NCBI GenBank assembly: GCA_020137815.1
Contig: CM035355.1
Coordinates: 1,984,001 to 2,048,000, forward strand
Direction of reading: 5' to 3'
Source: Hormiphora californensis
Lineage: Eukaryota; Animalia; Ctenophora
DNA length: 64,000 bases
The number at the start of each line of letters is the position of its first letter. Position 1 is the first letter of the stretch. Shown here one piece after another: positions 60,784-64,000 of the stretch. The notes beneath the pieces were generated by a model. The model was not told where the DNA came from. It was given only the letters and a program-made list of their open reading frames with translations, and searched no databases. Made by a program: the position numbers and the translations under genes.

Positions 60784-62212
60784 ATATTAGTTATTTAGCT
60801 CATATTTTATTCGCTAACCATATGTATCAACCATATGTATTACTTTTATTCTTCTTGTTCAAGTAAAACACAACTTATCCCAAGACTATCCCGGAAAGTC
60901 ATTTTATTTGCAAGCCAATAATATGTGTCCCTACCCCCTCCCATACAAAGAAGTCGGTACGGTCGGTATCACATTGCATCATTTCTTATTTCTGGTCATA
61001 AACTCCTTGATTAGGAACTTACTGAGAATCTGGGTAATTTTAAGAGGTGATGTTATTTGCCGCTAATTTCTCCATGTAATGTCCCGTTTGGTCATTACTA
61101 AGATCTGCTTAGCGTAGCTGTGCTGAACTAGAGAGTAGAGTCTAGAGCCCACGTTTTCCCGGGTTCAATTGTTATATGAGGAATGTATCAGGCACCTGCG
61201 GACTCGGCTGTCATTATCTATGGTGAGGTCAATTACCTGTTCTATCCGAGGATACCGAGGAAGGAGCAGGCGTGATCTGCCTACAACAGACCTCTATCAT
61301 ATATATTAGCTTTTTACTGTCACATTTATCATGATCTTATCTGTGTAGCCAGATGGCTAGTTCGCTGTTTTTATAGAAATGAATTTGTTAGGCCGGATGC
61401 ATGTGGCCTCTTTTATTATTATTATTTCCCCCTTTTTCTTTTATTGTTATATTGAATATTCTATCGCGAATAATTTTTGAAAGCGGTTCTATAGCAATGA
61501 GAGATGAAATACGAAACTTATATCCACTCAAGAAAGAAGCTAGGCTGGGTTCCTTGGGTCCAGAACCCAATTTTAGGGCAAGAGATGGTCAAAACTAGTC
61601 AAAAAGTTGGAAAAGAAGCGATTTTTGTTGAGAAATTTGAAGTGCACGCTTCAAAAAAGCCCGCGCTTTGGACCCTGCAGCGTATTCCAAAATAAAACGT
61701 CGCGGATTTTCTCACGGTATACCCGCTACGCGCGATTCACTCCGTCTAATTTCTATTCGGCGATCGCGCGTGCTGTGAAATCAGCTGTATGGATAGAACT
61801 AGAATATGCAAAACTCGAGGGTTTTGGGATAATGAAACAGGCAACAGAATTATCATTGGAATATATAAGCTTACATAAAAAACATTCATTTCTAAATGTA
61901 TGACCTGCTAATTTTGCTGATTAGAGAATCATCACTTTTAATCCTAAAACTCAGGCTTGTCCCTATGTTCGAGGCCCCTCGGAAATGTTCAAGTCATGCA
62001 CAATCAAGTGACTTGATTCAAGTCACGCCCACCAATCACAGCTCAGAACGCGCGGAGTGCTTTCCGCGTTCTGAGCTGTGATTGGTGGGCGTGACTTGAT
62101 TGTGCATGACTTGAACATTTCCGAGGGGCCTCATTTTAGGGCAAGAGATGGTCAAAACTACTCAAAAAGTTGGAAAAGAAGCAATTTTTGTTGAGAAATT
62201 TGAAGTGCACGC

Positions 62213-63757
62213 CAGGGACGTCGCTGGGCCTTCGGCCCAGCGCGTACCTGTGCGTCCAGGGGCCTTGGGCGGGAGCCCGGGTCAGGGGGAGTGGGGGGTG
62301 AAACCCCCCACAAGCGGGGTCCAGGGGCGCAGCCCCGGCGGGGGTGTAGGGGGCAGAGCCCCCGCAAGCAGGGTCCAGGGGCTGCAAGCCCCGGTGGGGG
62401 TCGAGGGGGCGAAGCCCCCGGAAAATTTTGACGTTTTCGCGATGATTTTAACAATCAGAGAGCGCTTGAAAAGTGGAAACAAGAAAGCGACACAGAAGAA
62501 GACGAAACGTGAAAACAAGCGTTTTTTGCAAACCGAATGAACATGAACAACGCGCAAACTTTGAAGACTATTGCGCGGTTGTTGTTTAGCGCGTGAACTG
62601 CGCGTCACAATCTCGCGCGAAGACCCCTGTTTCAAGTAAAAAGGAGGACCGCGCCTGAACGGATTTGCAGTGAACAGCGGGCCGATGTGACAACATTTCA
62701 CTTCTCGTTCATTACGGTGTGCGCGGTAGGGTTATCTATTTGCGCAACGAAAGTCATACTGGAATGTTCGGGCGTCCAGCATGATGACCAGGGGACTTAA
62801 GGGGTTCAGAGAATCACTTGCGCGTAGGCAGCAACCCTGTGGGCGAGCCGTACGGGCCGATAGTTAATAATAGTTTTTTAAAGTTTTTAAAAGTTAATAA
62901 AAGTTAAAAATGCGCGGCACGCTGAAAAGCCGAAAAAAATTAACTTTTTCAGGGTTCCGCGCATTTTTAACTATTTATAACTTTTATTAACTTTTGAAAA
63001 CTTTAAAAAACTATTATTAACTATCGGCCTGTACGGCTCGCCCACAGGGTTGCTGCCTGCGCGCATATGATTCTCTGAATCCATTTAAAGTGCGTTTCAA
63101 ACGACTTGACCTGAGATTCCTGGAAATTCAGGATTTCCCCTTTGTAAATACACGCGCAATGCGCCCAATTCCAAGAATTACGGGTCAAGTCGTTTGAAAC
63201 GCACTTTAGACCCCCGGTCCTCATGCTGGACGCCCGAAGTCTCGAAAAGCCAATTCCAAAGATCGATAACCCTAGTGCGCGGCCCATAATTGCGTAGAAA
63301 AACGAAAGTTTTGGCGTGCGCGAGCTCAGTTTGTACAAAACGCTGCAGCGCGCTGAATTTAAAAAATTTTTCAGTTTCACGGAAAAAAAGTTGAGCGTCC
63401 ATGGACGCTTGGACGCATAGTCGAAGCTCTTACGGTAATTCCCACGCCCCGTGGGAAAGTTTTTGACCGTGGGAAAGTTTTCAAAGCGTGGGAAAAGAGA
63501 GATACATACAATAACTATAAAAAATAAATATTTTTTTTCTTAGTTATTGTATGTATCTCTCTTTTCCCACGCTTTGAAAACTTTCCCACGGTTGAAAACT
63601 TTCCCACGGGGCGTGGGAATTACCGTAAGAGCTTCCACTAGCACGGTGAGCGACGTCCTGTCTGGCGCCGCGACCCATCTGAGCGCACTGTCGCGCGCTC
63701 AGATTAGATTTGAGAATCAAATTGGGGTCTGGCGCCGCCAGACAGGCGACGTCCCTG
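62213..63757. mobile_element. hAT-type non-autonomous transposon with an 8-bp TSD
   Basis: gtgcacgc|CAGGGACGTCGC...GCGACGTCCCTG|gtgcacgc. The uninterrupted empty site gaagtgcacgcttcaaaaaagcccgcgc is present at 61639-61666. Internal palindromes at about 62820-63063 and 63423-63635. Confidence 0.88.
63658..63745. mobile_element. 88-bp MITE inserted in the right TIR of the hAT element
   Basis: gcgacgtc|CTGTCTGGCG...CGCCAGACAG|gcgacgtc, a perfect 8-bp TSD. Confidence 0.85.
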
Positions 63758-64000
63758 GTGCACGCTTCAAAAAAGCCCGCGCGCAGGCTCTAAAGTGCGT
63801 TTCAAACGACTTGACCTGAGATTCCTGGAAATTCAGGATTTCCCCTTTGTAAATACACGCGCAATGCGCCAAATTCCAAGAATTATCGGATTTTTTGAAA
63901 CTGTCACCCCCCTGAAATAACAAAATTTGTCATATCTCCGGTTCCTGATAAGATAGAGACTTGAAATTTGGAGGTTCGGAAGAACTTAGCAAGATCTTCG

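Larger units (their letters stand above)
61389..64000. mobile_element. Composite repeat region running off the window end: direct repeats, hairpins and nested insertions
   Basis: Direct repeats 61571-61666 / 62134-62212+63766-63783 and 63086-63180 / 63791-63884; palindrome 61971-62132; gatagagacttgaaattt motif near 63951. Outer boundary approximate. Confidence 0.55.

Noticed and set aside
60781-60800. Vertebrate-style AMD1 stop-codon readthrough tail
   Set aside because: TAG is followed by a second in-frame TAG after four codons.

Overview
Intron-rich eukaryotic (animal) genomic DNA. It is probably from a pleurobrachiid ctenophore. That is an inference from intronic MITEs at 2615-2699 and 58557-58668 that I recall from Pleurobrachia gene models, and it is not proven. 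I reconstructed exon chains by hand from GT/GC-AG junctions and reading-frame continuity. Recognisable intact genes: the 3' half of BTAF1/Mot1 (+, 2162-11440), a secreted JmjC/Cupin_8-type dioxygenase (-, 38202-43191), two tandem short-ankyrin TRPA-like channels (+, 44510-46690 and 46865-48937), a divergent class-A-like GPCR (+, 50088-57436) and S-adenosylmethionine decarboxylase AMD1 (+, 59395-60783). Between BTAF1 and the JmjC gene is a ~23 kb block (about 12.4-35.7 kb) of four co-oriented, intron-containing orphan genes with E-box arrays. Two are paralogues that share an intron position, a DSGYxS degron-like motif, and a C-terminal domain resembling the catalytically dead N-terminal vOTU-like region of Polinton/Maverick protein-primed DNA polymerases. 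This block is the best candidate for an undescribed system. Its ORFs are broken by 1-bp indels that may be assembly errors. Other points of note: a Pro-Ser-stop uORF in the AMD1 leader; repeated tandem duplications straddling splice junctions, whose exon-derived parts differ only at synonymous sites; and several kb-scale palindromic (foldback) non-autonomous DNA transposons with readable TSDs. No rRNA, tRNA, CRISPR array or autonomous transposase was seen.
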